64,000 bases of DNA from Octopus vulgaris (GCA_951406725.2 OX597817.1:48236001-48300000), one strand, 5' to 3'; shown: positions 1 to 11,615, counted from the first letter of the stretch. Translations and numbers: made by a program. Notes: generated by a model not told the origin, from the letters alone.

Positions 1-80
1 AGTTGATGGTTTAGAAGTAGTTTGAGATTGAGTTGATGGTTTAGAAGTAGTTTGAGAATGAGTTGATGGTTTAGAAGTAG
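1..80 (-). repeat. 30-bp coding tandem repeat encoding (H/Q)SQTTSKPST
   Basis: agttgatggtttagaagtag recurs at 1, 31 and 61. Confidence 0.85.
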
Positions 81-477
81 TGGTTGACAAAATTTTACTG
101 AGTGTTGAACTTCGCTTGAAAGGAACACTGTGAGTGGTAACTACAGACTTTGTAGGTGATTTGGTAGTAGCTCCAACATCATGGGTGGTTTTTGACTGAT
201 CTCTCTGTGTTTTGCAATAGCCATCGCCATCGACTTCCCAGTCACAGACGTTATACTGTGGATTGAATTCTAGTCCATTACCACAATTTAGCAATATGCC
301 GTGTTTAGGTCCTGTACAATGATAGAATTTGGAATCGTCTGTTTCATGGCACTTATATTCACCGGCTTCTGTACAGCTTTCCTGAGAATATGATGGAATA
401 ATAAATAAGACATGGAGCAAAATTAATGACAGCCAAAATGTGTGTTGGCGTCTCTGGTAAAAACTTTGAAAGCCCAT
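1..477 (-). CDS. Exon 1 (partial, runs off window) of a secreted chitin-binding CBM14/peritrophin-A protein with Ser/Thr mucin-like repeats; third paralogue of the CBM14-deacetylase genes
   Basis: ATG at 477, open to the window edge: MGFQSFYQRRQHTFWLSLILLHVLFIIPSYSQESCTEAGEYKCHETDDSKFYHCTGPKHGILLNCGNGLEFNPQYNVCDWEVDGDGYCK...STTTSKPST HSQTTSKPST QSQTTSKPST. Missed by the ORF track because it has no stop in the window. Confidence 0.85.
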   Translation of the reverse strand, partial: MGFQSFYQRRQHTFWLSLILLHVLFIIPSYSQESCTEAGEYKCHETDDSKFYHCTGPKHGILLNCGNGLEFNPQYNVCDWEVDGDGYCKTQRDQSKTTHDVGATTKSPTKSVVTTHSVPFKRSSTLSKILSTTTSKPSTHSQTTSKPSTQSQTTSKPST

Positions 478-563
478 TTCGATGAACTATTTGTCAATAT
501 AAATATATATATATATATATATTGATTAAAGTGTTATGCATAAAGTCTGAAGTTTAGGCTGCG

Positions 564-597
564 ACTGAAATTGCTTGATTTCTTTATTGCTTTTATA
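564..597 (-). promoter_or_regulatory. TATA box + Inr core promoter, paralogue 1
   Basis: Minus strand TATAAAA (597-591) and TCAGT (568-564); 31 nt from the first T to the Inr A; same arrangement in all three copies. Confidence 0.7.
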
Positions 598-717
598 CAC
601 TTTGTAACATAGAACGAACCACAATGACTATTAATGGGGAGGTTACGTATAACTTTTTAAAAAATTCCGCCCATCATTCTCTCACATCGTCTATGCAGTG
701 GGACAAGACTTATTGTA

Positions 718-761
<44 letters not shown>

Positions 762-879
762 CAGAAAGAAAGAAAAAAGAAAGGAAGAAAGATCGAAAGG
801 AAGAAAGAAATAAAGAAAAAAGAAAGGAAGAAAAAAGAAAGGAAGAAAAAAGAAAGGAAGACAGAAAGAAAAAATAAAA

Positions 880-915
<36 letters not shown>
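718..915. repeat. (GAAA)n purine-rich microsatellite upstream of the promoter; equivalents at ~21398-21545 and ~54208-54467
   Basis: Direct inspection; length and composition differ between the three gene copies. Confidence 0.9.
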
Positions 916-916
<1 letters not shown>

Positions 917-1040
917 GAGCAGGCGTTTGACGAGTTTTTTTTTTTTCGGTAACAAGTTTTTGTGAATGTGAGAGTGAATGTAGAATGCAATGTCATGCTT
1001 CACAAGGACGTTTTAATAACAGAAAACACTTTCCAAATCA

Positions 1041-1377
1041 CGGAGATGTACTTGCATAGCAAGTGACCTGGTCTAAGATCGTGTGCTAGAATGAAAACAA
1101 CTGTAGCGTGGAAGGTGTTTATAAGTCATTTAGGAAACACAAAAACAGTAAGATTCACTTCAACATTTAAATTTATTTTGCCAAAATATTTTCATCGCTT
1201 TGAGACCGCAACCTGATCACTGACAAAATTCCGTGCAGCATGGAATTTTGTCAGTGATCAGGTCGCGGTCTCAAAGCGATGAAAATATTTTGGCAAAATA
1301 AATTTAAATGTTGAAGTGAATCTAACGGTTTGTGTGTGTTTCTTAAATGGCTTATAAACACCTTCCACGCTGCAATT
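1041..1377. mobile_element. Fold-back element (Penelope-like inverted pLTR) with paired minimal hammerhead-like motifs
   Basis: ~140-bp inverted arms centred at 1237; + strand 1245-1299 reads ATTTTGTCA-GTGATCA-G-GTCGC-loop-GCGAT-GAAA-ATAT-TT-TGGCAAAAT. Confidence 0.65.
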
Positions 1378-1821
1378 ACTTTCCACGTTTCCATTCCCTA
1401 CCGATTCTATGTCGCCTCACTTACTCAGCAAATTTTTCCCACCTCAAGGCCACGAATACAGATCGGTGGAACTGCGGGCCTTTCAGGCTTTAACCAAGAA
1501 TATTTGTAGAGTAATTTGAGTGCATTACATTCGACTAAAAAAAACGATCACAGTATATATTTATTTCTTCTGCGATTAAAATTCCAAATTCTTTGGGGTG
1601 TTAGACGTGGTCTCTTCTATTTAGTAGACTTTAGTGTAGTTCGCTGTTGCAAGCGTATGGAACAGGTTCGTGACTGGAGATTGTCATAACTTCCCGTCCA
1701 TACTTCCCAAGATGTCAAAAACTAACGCTAGATACTCTAGACAATTACTTCCTCCGCTTTTCTAACATCCCTGTATTCCGATCCAACCTCAACGTTGCAC
1801 ATCACTTCTTAACAGGCTCGC

Positions 1822-1988
1822 ATAGTCGATTACATCGATCCCACTGCTCAACTGGTACTCAATTTATCGACTCCGAAAGGATAACAGGCAGTCAACCTCG
1901 GCGGAATTTGAACTCAGATCATAAAGACAGACGAAATGTCGCTGAGCATTTTGCCCGGCATGCTAACAATTCTGCCAGCTAGCTGCCT
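1822..1988 (-). mobile_element. tRNA-derived CORE-type SINE (family A)
   Basis: Minus strand gagctggcagaa..ttagca..gagttcaaattccgccgagg..gtcgataaattgagtaccagt; many copies in the window. Confidence 0.7.
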
Positions 1989-2882
1989 AAAGTTGCCTGT
2001 AACTATACTGATTTCATTCATTTACACTCACATATTCCCTTGGACATCGGCAACAAGGACTTCCACTTAACTGACTCAGACTTTCTTTCTTCGCCCTCCT
2101 ACAAGGTATATGTTACCTCAAGCACTCTGTGAACTTAAGCTACCAATTTTCGACTGTATTTCTTCCTGCTTCGAAAGTGTTTATCTCACTTCACATCTAT
2201 GCACTTGGAGGGTCATCCAACGATTGCTTTAGCGTAACTAGTCCGCGCATGCGCAGCTATGATTTAGATCTACACCACACCCACCTTCTGCAAACAATAA
2301 CATTTCATGTCAGCTAACTGATTATAGCTCCGTCTGTTTTCATACCAGTTATCCCTGGCAATAAATGTACTTTACTTGTGAGTTATGAGAAATAGCTAGG
2401 CATGAGATTGAAAGCAATCCACACGCAAACATGACCTCAATCCTACAAGTAGTTCGATAATAGATGCCCTGCAACAATTCATGTAAAGAATACAGAAACC
2501 CACACCTGGAGAAAAATCGCTAGCACTACACGCTGGACCCGGTACTGCAACACCTGTAAGACTATCTTTGGAACTGCAACAGGTAGGTTCGTACCTCGCT
2601 CCGGTTGAAAGCCCTCGTGAGTCTTAGACTTAATGTTGGTCACTTACTAAAATTATTTCTACAAACTTTATAGAAACTTTCTTCATGCAACTTTACAATG
2701 ACGATGGTTCAAGAAGCAGTATACCCGCAGAGGAAATCACCTTCTTTGCTTCGCGTGTATGAAGTATCTCACAACATACACTAGTTAAATCTGGTCGCTT
2801 CGAGTGGACAATGTCCATTCTATTATCCTCAAACAATGCACCATTAGAAAGCAGCAATCCCTTTCTGTTATTTACATTCATC

Positions 2883-3246
2883 GTGGAGGCGCAATGGCCC
2901 AGTGATTAGGGTGGCAAATTTACGGCTTCGATTCCCAGACCGGGCGTTGTGAGTATTTATTGAGTGAAAACACCTGAAGCACCACGAGGCTCCGGCAGCG
3001 GGTGGTGGCGAACCCTACTGTACTCTTTCACAATACCATTCACTCTTTCTTCCTGTTTCTGTTGTACCTGTATTTCAAAGGGCCAGCCTTGTCACACATT
3101 GTGTCACGTTGAATCTCCCCGAGAACTACGTTAAGGGTACACGTTTCTGTGGAGTGCTCAGATACATGCACGTTAATTTCACAACCAGGCTGTTCCGTTA
3201 ATCGGATCAACTGGAACCCTCGTCGTCATAACCGACGGAGAGCCAA
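2883..3246 (+). mobile_element. tRNA-derived SINE (family C)
   Basis: A-box-like tggcccagtgattagg and B-box-like ttcgattccc head; copies at 23687-24049 (+) and 51717-52081 (-). Confidence 0.65.
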
Positions 3247-3326
3247 GAAATATACAGGCATTGGCATATGGCTACATACATATTCAGACACATATGGGTA
3301 AAACATAAATATATACAAATGCATAC

Positions 3327-3825
3327 ACAGGGGTTGGTCAAAATAATGGAAACACCTAGCATCATAATTTTGAAATATCTATAAAACCGTCAAAAGCTTG
3401 TTTATCTTTATGTTTATTTATATATTTATTATTAGTGTTGCTTAATATTTTGCTAAAATTCCTGGGTTTTTTTCAGATATCATCAGAAAAAGATAATTAA
3501 AATTCATTAAAATGACCGATCTATCGGTCTTTCAAAGAGATCAAATTGTTGGTGCTCGTATGGCAGGCGCTGGCGTAACGAAAACAGCCGAAATGTTTGG
3601 TGTACTGTCTCGAAAGTAATCACAGCCTTTGAGAAAGAGGGAAAAACCTCCTCGTTGAAACAGAACTCCGAAAGAAAACCAAAATTTTCAGATAGGGACC
3701 GGCGGATTCTTATGCGAATTGTTAGGAAGGATCACAAAAGTACAGCTCCCAAAATTATTGCAGAGCTTAAAGACCACCTCGTAAACCCAGTTTCCACAAT
3801 AACTCTTCGCCACAGGAGATGCACA
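3327..3825 (+). mobile_element. Tc1/mariner remnant (TIR and N-terminal HTH region of transposase, frameshifted)
   Basis: CAGGGGTTGGTCAAAATAATGGAAACACC terminus; MTDLSVFQRDQIVGARMAG... and KQNSERKPKFSDRDRRILMRIVRKDHKSTAPKIIAEL. Confidence 0.8.
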
Positions 3826-4357
3826 AAGACTGTCTATCTATTTTCTCTTTCTAATTTTGTTTCTTTTTCTTTTATTTCTTTTCTTCTTTTCCTTTTTCTT
3901 TCTCTCACCACTTGTTATTCTCTGAGTTTCTTTTCGTTTTCGTTCTCTCGCCTCTGTCTACTAAGGTATTATGTGCGTGTGTGTTTATGCATTTGTATAT
4001 ATTTATGTTTAGCCTATATTTGTCTGTATATGTATGCAGTCAGGTACCAACGCCTGTATATTTAGTGTATATAATGTATGTCTATATAGGTTGTTTGGTA
4101 TGTGTATGTATTGCTAAATGTATATGTATTTCAGGATGTTAGTTCTTTGTGAAAGTTTTTTAAACGTTTATATCTTTTAATTGATATAATTTATTTAAAT
4201 TTATTATTTTTTTGCCACGAATTACTTACCCTGGGTATTCAGGGCTTCTTCCTTCTACATAATCTTCTTTGATTTAAGGTTTTCTTCGAATATTATAATA
4301 ATATGATTTTCAACCGCAATTGTAATTTCATGCAAGCGTTTATTGAAAAGACTGTTA

Positions 4358-4685
<328 letters not shown>

Positions 4686-4892
4686 GTTTGTGTGGTCTTT
4701 CTGACTGTGTTTGTCTTCCATCACCGTTGAAAACCAACCGGTGTTGGTGTGTCTACGTTCCCGCAACTAAGTGGTTCGGCAAAGGATTCCATAAGAATAA
4801 GTATTGGGCTTAAGAAATACGTCCTGGCGGTGATTTTGTGGACTAAATACCTTCAAGGCAGTGCTCCAGCATGGTCGCTGGAGAAATGAGTT

Positions 4893-4925
4893 TTTGACGT
4901 TTCGAACATAGTTCTTCGTCGGAAA
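4893..4925 (-). ncRNA. Minimal hammerhead-like motif (Penelope type, U4C core)
   Basis: Minus strand TTT-CCGACGA-A-GAAC-TAT-GTTC-GAAA-CG-TC-AAA, lying 3' of the Penelope ORF remnant; decayed copy at ~48476-48509 (+). Confidence 0.5.
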
Positions 4926-5170
4926 GTAGAAACGGAAAAGCTCAAAGAAGTAGAAAGAAATCGCCAACAGCACGTGTGTAGTTACATATACATCACCGTC
5001 TTTATGTCCCGGAATATATCACCATATCACCTTCTTCGGAAATATGCTACAGTAAGTTTCATTCCTAAGAACAACCCCTCTCACCATACCAACTATCGTT
5101 TTATCACGCTCTCAGCATCTGAGAGGTGATGTAGCCAACCATATAAACACGAGGCTAATCCAGAATGTGC

Positions 5171-5357
5171 CTTATATTTATAGACCTGGAGTTGTCTGCG
5201 TGTGTGTTTGTGGTAGGCTTGGTAACCTTCAACTAACACACTCTCCTCTGAAACCGTGTGGCGCAAGTTGACCACAATTGGGAGTATGATAGAAGAAGGT
5301 TTGCTCTTTCTTTCGTGGAAGAAAAAATTCAAATCGGACCATGTTAATATCAAAATT
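5171..5357 (+). mobile_element. Probable non-autonomous Helitron-like 5' end fragment
   Basis: (T)CTTATATTTATAGAC start followed by TG-rich subterminal sequence; copy at 30389-30576. Confidence 0.4.
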
Positions 5358-5359
5358 TA

Positions 5360-7800
5360 GCTGCTGTGAGCATTATACTTTGTAAGACCATTATAAAAAT
5401 AGAGACTAAATAAAAGATATTATTATCTATTCAATTGTCAGGTTTTGAATATTAATTAAGGGGATTTAGAAGAAATTTTTATGAGAAAATTTCTAGCAAA
5501 AAAAATATTAATTAGCACATATATCAAGAGCCTTTAAAACATTTTAAAATACAATGGAAGGGAATTAACCAAGATGAAAGTCTTTAGAATTAGGGATTAT
5601 TAATTTAGTATTCAAGAATGAAATATGGTTTATATGAGGTATAATAAATTAGGCCAGTTAGGGGTAATATTTATAAAAAAAAGGGGGAAATTAGGTGTAG
5701 TAGAATTCTTGCAGAAATAGATATGGAAAGTACCATTTCAATTAAAACATAATAATTTCACTAGATATATGGAATTTATGTAATAGTTATAGAAAATTTT
5801 AAAATATTTTATTCTACTTCATTCAATTTATTTATATTACTAAATCTTTTAATAATTAATATTTTTCCTATTTAATCTAGCTATTATAGTTCTTATATTT
5901 GGAAGAGTAGAGTATGATATTCTAACTGATTTACGAGAAAATATTTTATAATATTTATGGGAAGCAGGGAAGTTTGTTTCTAGTATGGACATAAATTTGT
6001 CATATATGTTCGTAGAAATTACTCAGTTGAAAGGTATATTCAACCATACAATATTTGTACTTATGAAATTTTTTATTTGAGTAAGGGTAGGAAAGATTGG
6101 TGATATCCATATCCCTCAGAGTTTTGTTATTATCTTCAGTCTTATACATATATTTAATAGGTTTTTTATCAGTGGGAGAGATTTTTATATTTTCATTTGT
6201 ATTTATTTAACTTAACTTAATCTTTTTATACTTATTTGTGTCTTGTCTACCATTTCTATTATTTGTATCAGGTTTATATGATAGGTTATCTGTTTTGGTT
6301 GATACATATTTTTTTAAAGTTGAAGATTCTATATTATTTGAGACATTTTTATTCATTTTCTTATTCGAAAGGCTTGTATTATCAAGATCTAGGAAGGCAA
6401 TTTCCTGGTTATATCCTGCTCTAGATGAGGCAACATTGTAATGATATGAGTGAGAATTACAAATTTCATTGTTAGAAGATAATTTAGTAATTCTTCTCGA
6501 AATACTTTTAACAATCGATTTCAGTATATTTGGGGGGTGATTTGATAACTTATTTGCATATCTAGTAATTTCACCATCTTTTCTATATGGGTAATATAAT
6601 TTCGAGTTTAAATCCCAAGTAACATCTAGAAAGTTAACTATCTTAGTGTTATATTCATAAGTAATACTTAAGTTGAAATCTTTGAAAAATCTACTAATTT
6701 TCTTTCTTATTCTCTCAATGATTGATTTATTACTGCTAGGGATGATGAATAATGCATCATCCCTATATAAACCTCCTTGTAATTCATGGATCTCTCTACT
6801 TAAAAATTTTAATAAGTTCCTACTAAATTAGTGACCTCCGCCGAGTCACTGGAACCCATGGATATATCAAAATTACTTGGGGTATCAGCCCTGGTCCACA
6901 ATTTTCCTTCAAATTCTATGATAGTTTTCCTAGCTAGTAAAATAATATCAATTTCTTCCCTAGTTATGAGAAAGAGGATTTTTTAGCGGAAATGAGTGAT
7001 TTATTTAGGAGAATATGAGACATACTAGAATAGTAATTATTAATGTCGAACTGGATGAAGGAATATCCGCTATTATTATTTAAAGATTTAAACCAATGGA
7101 TTACCATGTCTGTGTTAATCCATAATTTCAAAGGAAGGCTCGGGATTATATGGGGCAGAATATTGTCCAAAATAGACTTAGTAAGCCGGCCAATATCCGA
7201 CTTAGTTGGGCATATAAGTCTTACAGAAGGGTTCTCACAGAAATTTTTCTTGTGGTCTCAGATTAATTTGAGGTTCACACGGTGTTAATGGCTCTGTCCT
7301 GTCAACTAAATCGTATTCCATCATAACCTTTTTTATTTCTAAATTTATATCCCGCAAGTTCTTCCTTGTAGTTATTTTATATTTCAAGTTCAGTTTTGGT
7401 ATCTGGTCGGTGTCTGGTCCAAAACGTAATTTATAAATGTACAGAAATGACTTCAAATAATAGCTATTTTATTTTCGATGTTCTATAGACCTGAAGAAAC
7501 GTATAAACAACCATCTGTCTAGCTTTAGACTTCAACATAAAGCAGGTTGCATAACGCTGTCTAGTAAAATTTGGGAGTTGAAAGAAAAAATATTGGATTT
7601 AGGCTTAAATGGGATATAATAAGACAGGCGCAGCCTTATAAGAATAGTAGAGATGGATGTGAACTTTATTCTATGGAGATATAAGAAATTTTGAAATATA
7701 GGGATAATATAAACTTATTGAACAACCGTTTTGATCTAGGAGCATCTTGTATACACTGTGCCACCCGTACCTTTAGATATTTTAAAGAATAACATTCTGG
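5360..7800 (-). pseudogene. Penelope-like retroelement RT and linker/GIY-YIG region, disrupted
   Basis: Minus-strand translations LWINTDMVIHWFKSL..FIQFDINNYYSS, FDISMGSSDSAEVTNLV, GGLYRDDA and FPASHKYYKIFSRKSVRISYS; multiple stops and frameshifts. Confidence 0.85.
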
Positions 7801-8159
7801 CTATTCCTATATATATATATATGTATGTATGCGTGTATATATATGTATGTATGTATGTGTGTATATATATTGCACATTTTCATTCATCAATAAATTGAGG
7901 GCGATGACTGAATACTTTTGATTTTAAATATCCCAAAAAGAAGAAATCGCATTTCACAATTCCAGAAGAAATGATCCATAGAGTTATCGATAACTTTCAT
8001 GAACGTCTCCAACAGTGTGTTGACAATGATGGGAAGCATTTAGCTGATTTAATTTTTAAAACATAATGAAATAAAATGGCATTATATGTACATTCGGAAA
8101 ATACAATTTTTCGTTTCATTATTTCTTATTTTGTGCTTTTAAGTATGTTTATATATATG

Positions 8160-8190
<31 letters not shown>

Positions 8191-8207
8191 GTATATATAA
8201 ATATAGA

Positions 8208-8430
8208 TATTTCTTTACTACTCACAAGGGGCTACACACAGAGGGGACAAATAAGGACAGACAAACGGATTACGTCGACCCCAGTGCGTAACTGGTACTT
8301 AATTTATCGACCCCGAAAGGATGAAAGGCAAAGTCGACCTCGGCGGAATTTGAACTCAGAACGTAACGGCAGACGAAATACAGCTACGCATTTCGCCCAG
8401 CGTGCTAACGTTTCTGCCAGCTCACCGCCT
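8208..8430 (-). mobile_element. SINE family A, head-to-head with a family B SINE
   Basis: Same motifs as 1822-1988. Confidence 0.75.
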
Positions 8431-8432
8431 TT

Positions 8433-8820
8433 TGGCTGTGTGGTAGGTAGCTTGTTTACCAACCACATGGTTCCGGGTTCAGTCCCACTGCGTGGCACCT
8501 TGGGCAAGTATCTTCTACTATAGCCCCGGGCCGACCAATGCCTTGTGAGTGGATTTGGTAGACGGAAACTGAAAGAAGCCCGTCGTATATATGTATATAT
8601 ATGCGTGTGTGTGTTTGTGTCTGTGTTTGTCCTCCTAGCATTGCTTGACAACCGATGCTGGTGTGTTTATGTCCCCGTTACTTAGCGGTTCGGCAAAAGA
8701 GACTGATAGAATAAGTACTGGGCTTACAAAGAATAAGTCCCGGGGTCGAGTTGCTCGATTAAAGTCGGTGCTCCAGCATGGTCGTAGTCAAATGACTGAA
8801 ACATGTACAAGAATAAAAGA

Positions 8821-8821
<1 letters not shown>
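8433..8821 (+). mobile_element. tRNA-derived SINE family B with internal TA/TG microsatellite and LINE-like 3' tail
   Basis: ggctgtgtggta..gggttcagtcccactgcgtggcaccttgggcaagt..gtgctccagcatgg..gactgaaac. Confidence 0.8.
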
Positions 8822-8852
<31 letters not shown>

Positions 8853-8853
8853 T

Positions 8854-8884
<31 letters not shown>

Positions 8885-9285
8885 GTATGTATATATATAC
8901 ATGTATGAGTATATGTATATATATATGTATATACATATATACATGTGTGTGTATGTATGAATGTATGTATATATGTATATATGTATGGTGAAAGTAACTA
9001 ACTGTACTGAAGCTGGTGGTGGTGGTGGTTGTGGTAGTAGTAGTATTAGTAGTAGTAGTAGTAGTAGTAGCTAGCAAATGTACTGGAACTGGCAATAGCA
9101 ACTACACTAATAGTAGTCGTGATATGGGTTTCGACAGCCTTGAATTCAGCGACGTCAAGTAGCTTCTATAAGCCACTGGTCTGACAAATCCCACTTGGAA
9201 GTTGAGATGGTCAATAGAACCTAACTACTAGCAGGTCATATGGTCCCCAGTTGAAAAATACTGATTTATGTGTGTGTTTGTATAT

Positions 9286-9556
9286 ATCATCATCATCATC
9301 ATCATTTAGCGTCCGCTTTCCATGCTAGCAATTTCCATTGATGTTGATCGACGTCGAGTTTGGTTCTGATTTCCACTTGCCTCAACAGGTCTTCACAAGT
9401 GTAGATTTGTGTCCCAAGAAGGAAAGGTATGCATATGTCGACTGGCTACATCCCAGGTAGAGGCCATGGGTTATGGTCTCACTTGTCCCGCCGGGTCTTC
9501 TCACGCACAGCATACTTCCATAGGTCTCGGTCTCTAGTCATTTCCTTGGTGAGACC

Positions 9557-9558
<2 letters not shown>
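9286..9558 (-). mobile_element. RTE-type LINE 3' end remnant with (GAT)n tail
   Basis: Minus strand GLTKEMTRDRDLWKYAVREKTR* followed by a (GAT)n tail. Confidence 0.6.
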
Positions 9559-9599
<41 letters not shown>

Positions 9600-9601
<2 letters not shown>

Positions 9602-9940
9602 CGGAGATGTACTCGCATAGCAAGTAATTTGATCTGAGATCGTGTGCTGAAACGAAAACAATTGCAGCGTGGAAGGTGTTTATAAGCCATTTAAGAAAAA
9701 AACAAAAGCCGTTCGATTCACTCCAACATTTAAGTTTAATTTGTCAAAATATTTTTGTCGCTAAAATCCGCGACCTGTTCACTGACAAAGTCCGTGCTGC
9801 ATCACGGACTTTGTCAGTGAACAGGTCGCGGATTTTAGCGACGAAAATATTTTGACAAATTAAACTTAAATGTTGGAGTGAATCGAACGGCTTTTGTGTG
9901 TTTCTTAAATGGCTTATAAACACCTTCCACGCTGCAATTG

Positions 9941-9942
<2 letters not shown>
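9600..9942. mobile_element. Fold-back element (Penelope-like inverted pLTR) inserted in (TA)n with paired hammerhead-like motifs
   Basis: Near-perfect palindrome 9657-9942 centred at 9799/9800; + strand motif at 9810-9859, - strand motif at 9740-9789. Confidence 0.7.
9810..9859 (+). ncRNA. Minimal type I hammerhead ribozyme candidate with G3:C8 core
   Basis: TTTGTCA(stem I)-GTGAACA(core)-G-GTCGC/GCGAC(stem II)-GAAA-ATAT(palindromic loop III)-TT-TGACAAA(stem I). Confidence 0.6.
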
Positions 9943-10004
<62 letters not shown>

Positions 10005-10019
10005 GTATATATATATATA

Positions 10020-10108
<89 letters not shown>
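9942..10108. repeat. (TA)n microsatellite
   Basis: Direct inspection. Confidence 0.95.
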
Positions 10109-10109
<1 letters not shown>

Positions 10110-11335
10110 TTAGGAAAAAACCCACCTTTTATCAATTCAAAAGGAACAATTAAATTACACCATCTAGAAAATTACATACAATATACAAGTGGGCTGAAAA
10201 GAATAGCATGCAGTTCAATGATGAAAAGTTTCAAGCTTTATACTATCAGCATGCAAAATTAAATGCAATACCTAATAAATACACTGGACCTGGAGGGATT
10301 GCACTCCCAGAGATACAATCAGTGCGAGACCTGGGTATTTACATGAGTATTGATGCAACCTTTCATGTGCATGTTGCTAAATTGGCAATGAAATGTAGGC
10401 GTCTGACCGGATGGATTCTTAGAACTTTTAGAACAAGAGACCAGGAAACCAATATGGTCCTCTGGAGGACACTTGTCCTCAGCCACTTTGACTATTGCTC
10501 TCAGCTATGGTCACCATCCAGTGTCAAGTTAATCACAGAACTTGAGGCGATCCAACGAAGCTACACGAAGAAGATAGCCTCTGTGCAGCATATAAGCTAT
10601 TGGGAAAGACTCAGGAGATTGAGACTCTATTCCTTGGAGCGTAGGCGAGAAAGATATGCCATAATATACATCTGGAAGATCCTAGAAGGACTTGTCCCAA
10701 ACTTTGGCATCGAGAGTTACACAAATGCCAAAACTGGGCGCCACTGCATAGTGCCAAGGACTCCAAATTTGCCATCAAGATGTAGGACAAGATACTGTGA
10801 TAGCCTGGGCTTCCGAGGCCCACAGCACTTCAGTATCCTCCCGAAGAACCTAAGAGATCTGCATGGAGTGGATGCAGATGTCTTTAAAATGAAACTGGAT
10901 CTCTTCTTGTCAGGTGTCCCAGATGAACCAACTTCACGGCAGGAGGTGCAGATGAGGGCAGCTGCATCGAACTCTCTCATGCACCAGATGGCATTTGCTA
11001 AAAAGCATTCGTGAAATAAAATCATGTAGCAACACCAAATGGCGGTGCCCCAGCATGGCCACAGCTTGTGAGCTGAAACTAAAAAAAAAAGAAATATTAA
11101 AATGAAAATAACAATAAAATGTCAATGAGTAAGTAAATTGCAAAAAATACTAATAATTATTTATTATTTTATTATTATTTTTTTTATTATTATTATTATT
11201 ATTATATGCAATTTACTTAATCATTGACATTTTATTGTCATTTTAATTTTAATATTTCTATTATATGTAATTTTCTAGATGGTGTAATTTAATTGTTCAT
11301 TTTGAATTGATAAAAGGTGGGTTTTTTCTAATTTT
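10110..11335. repeat. AT-rich fold-back element (~125-bp arms around an (ATT)n loop) interrupted by a LINE; uninterrupted twin at 63618-63967
   Basis: aaaaaacccaccttttatcaattcaa...aattgca and tgcaatt...ttgataaaaggtgggttttttc are inverted arms. Confidence 0.75.
10184..11090 (+). mobile_element. 5'-truncated CR1/L2-clade LINE (C-terminal part of ORF2, 3' UTR, poly-A)
   Basis: ORF 10208-11014 with (KWAEKNS)MQFNDEKFQAL..VRDLGI..FDYCSQLWSP..LEAIQRSYTK..YWERLRRLRLYSLERRRER; A10 tail; empty site catacaata|gaaatattaa in the right arm (~63915). Confidence 0.9.
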
Positions 11336-11581
11336 ATATATATATATCATATTGTGTAAAATTTCGTCTTTGGATTAGGTATGCACACACACACTGACCT
11401 ACACATTTGCGCACAAACAAACAAAAAGAACGTAGCTCAGATAAAGGACAGAGTCAACGACTATTGAAAAGGTTACATGATGCAGAGAAAATTTTAGGAA
11501 ATGACTAAATGAATGGGAGCTTTACCTGCGAGTGTGTTAAATAATAAAGCACTTAAAAGAAATGACACTCCTCAGACACAA

Positions 11582-11615
<34 letters not shown>

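Noticed and set aside
624-1003. K/E/R-rich and F/L/S-rich ORFs (also 21214-21681 and 54121-54650)
   Set aside because: Translations of (GAAA)n microsatellites.
2883-2945. tRNA genes at SINE heads
   Set aside because: A/B-box-like motifs only; no complete cloverleaf, and they continue into repeated SINE bodies.
8645-10153. YI/CV/HT-repeat ORFs (also 4522-4766, 16858-17574, 25002-25495, 27131-28326, 47073-47527)
   Set aside because: Translations of TA/CA/TG microsatellites and SINEs.
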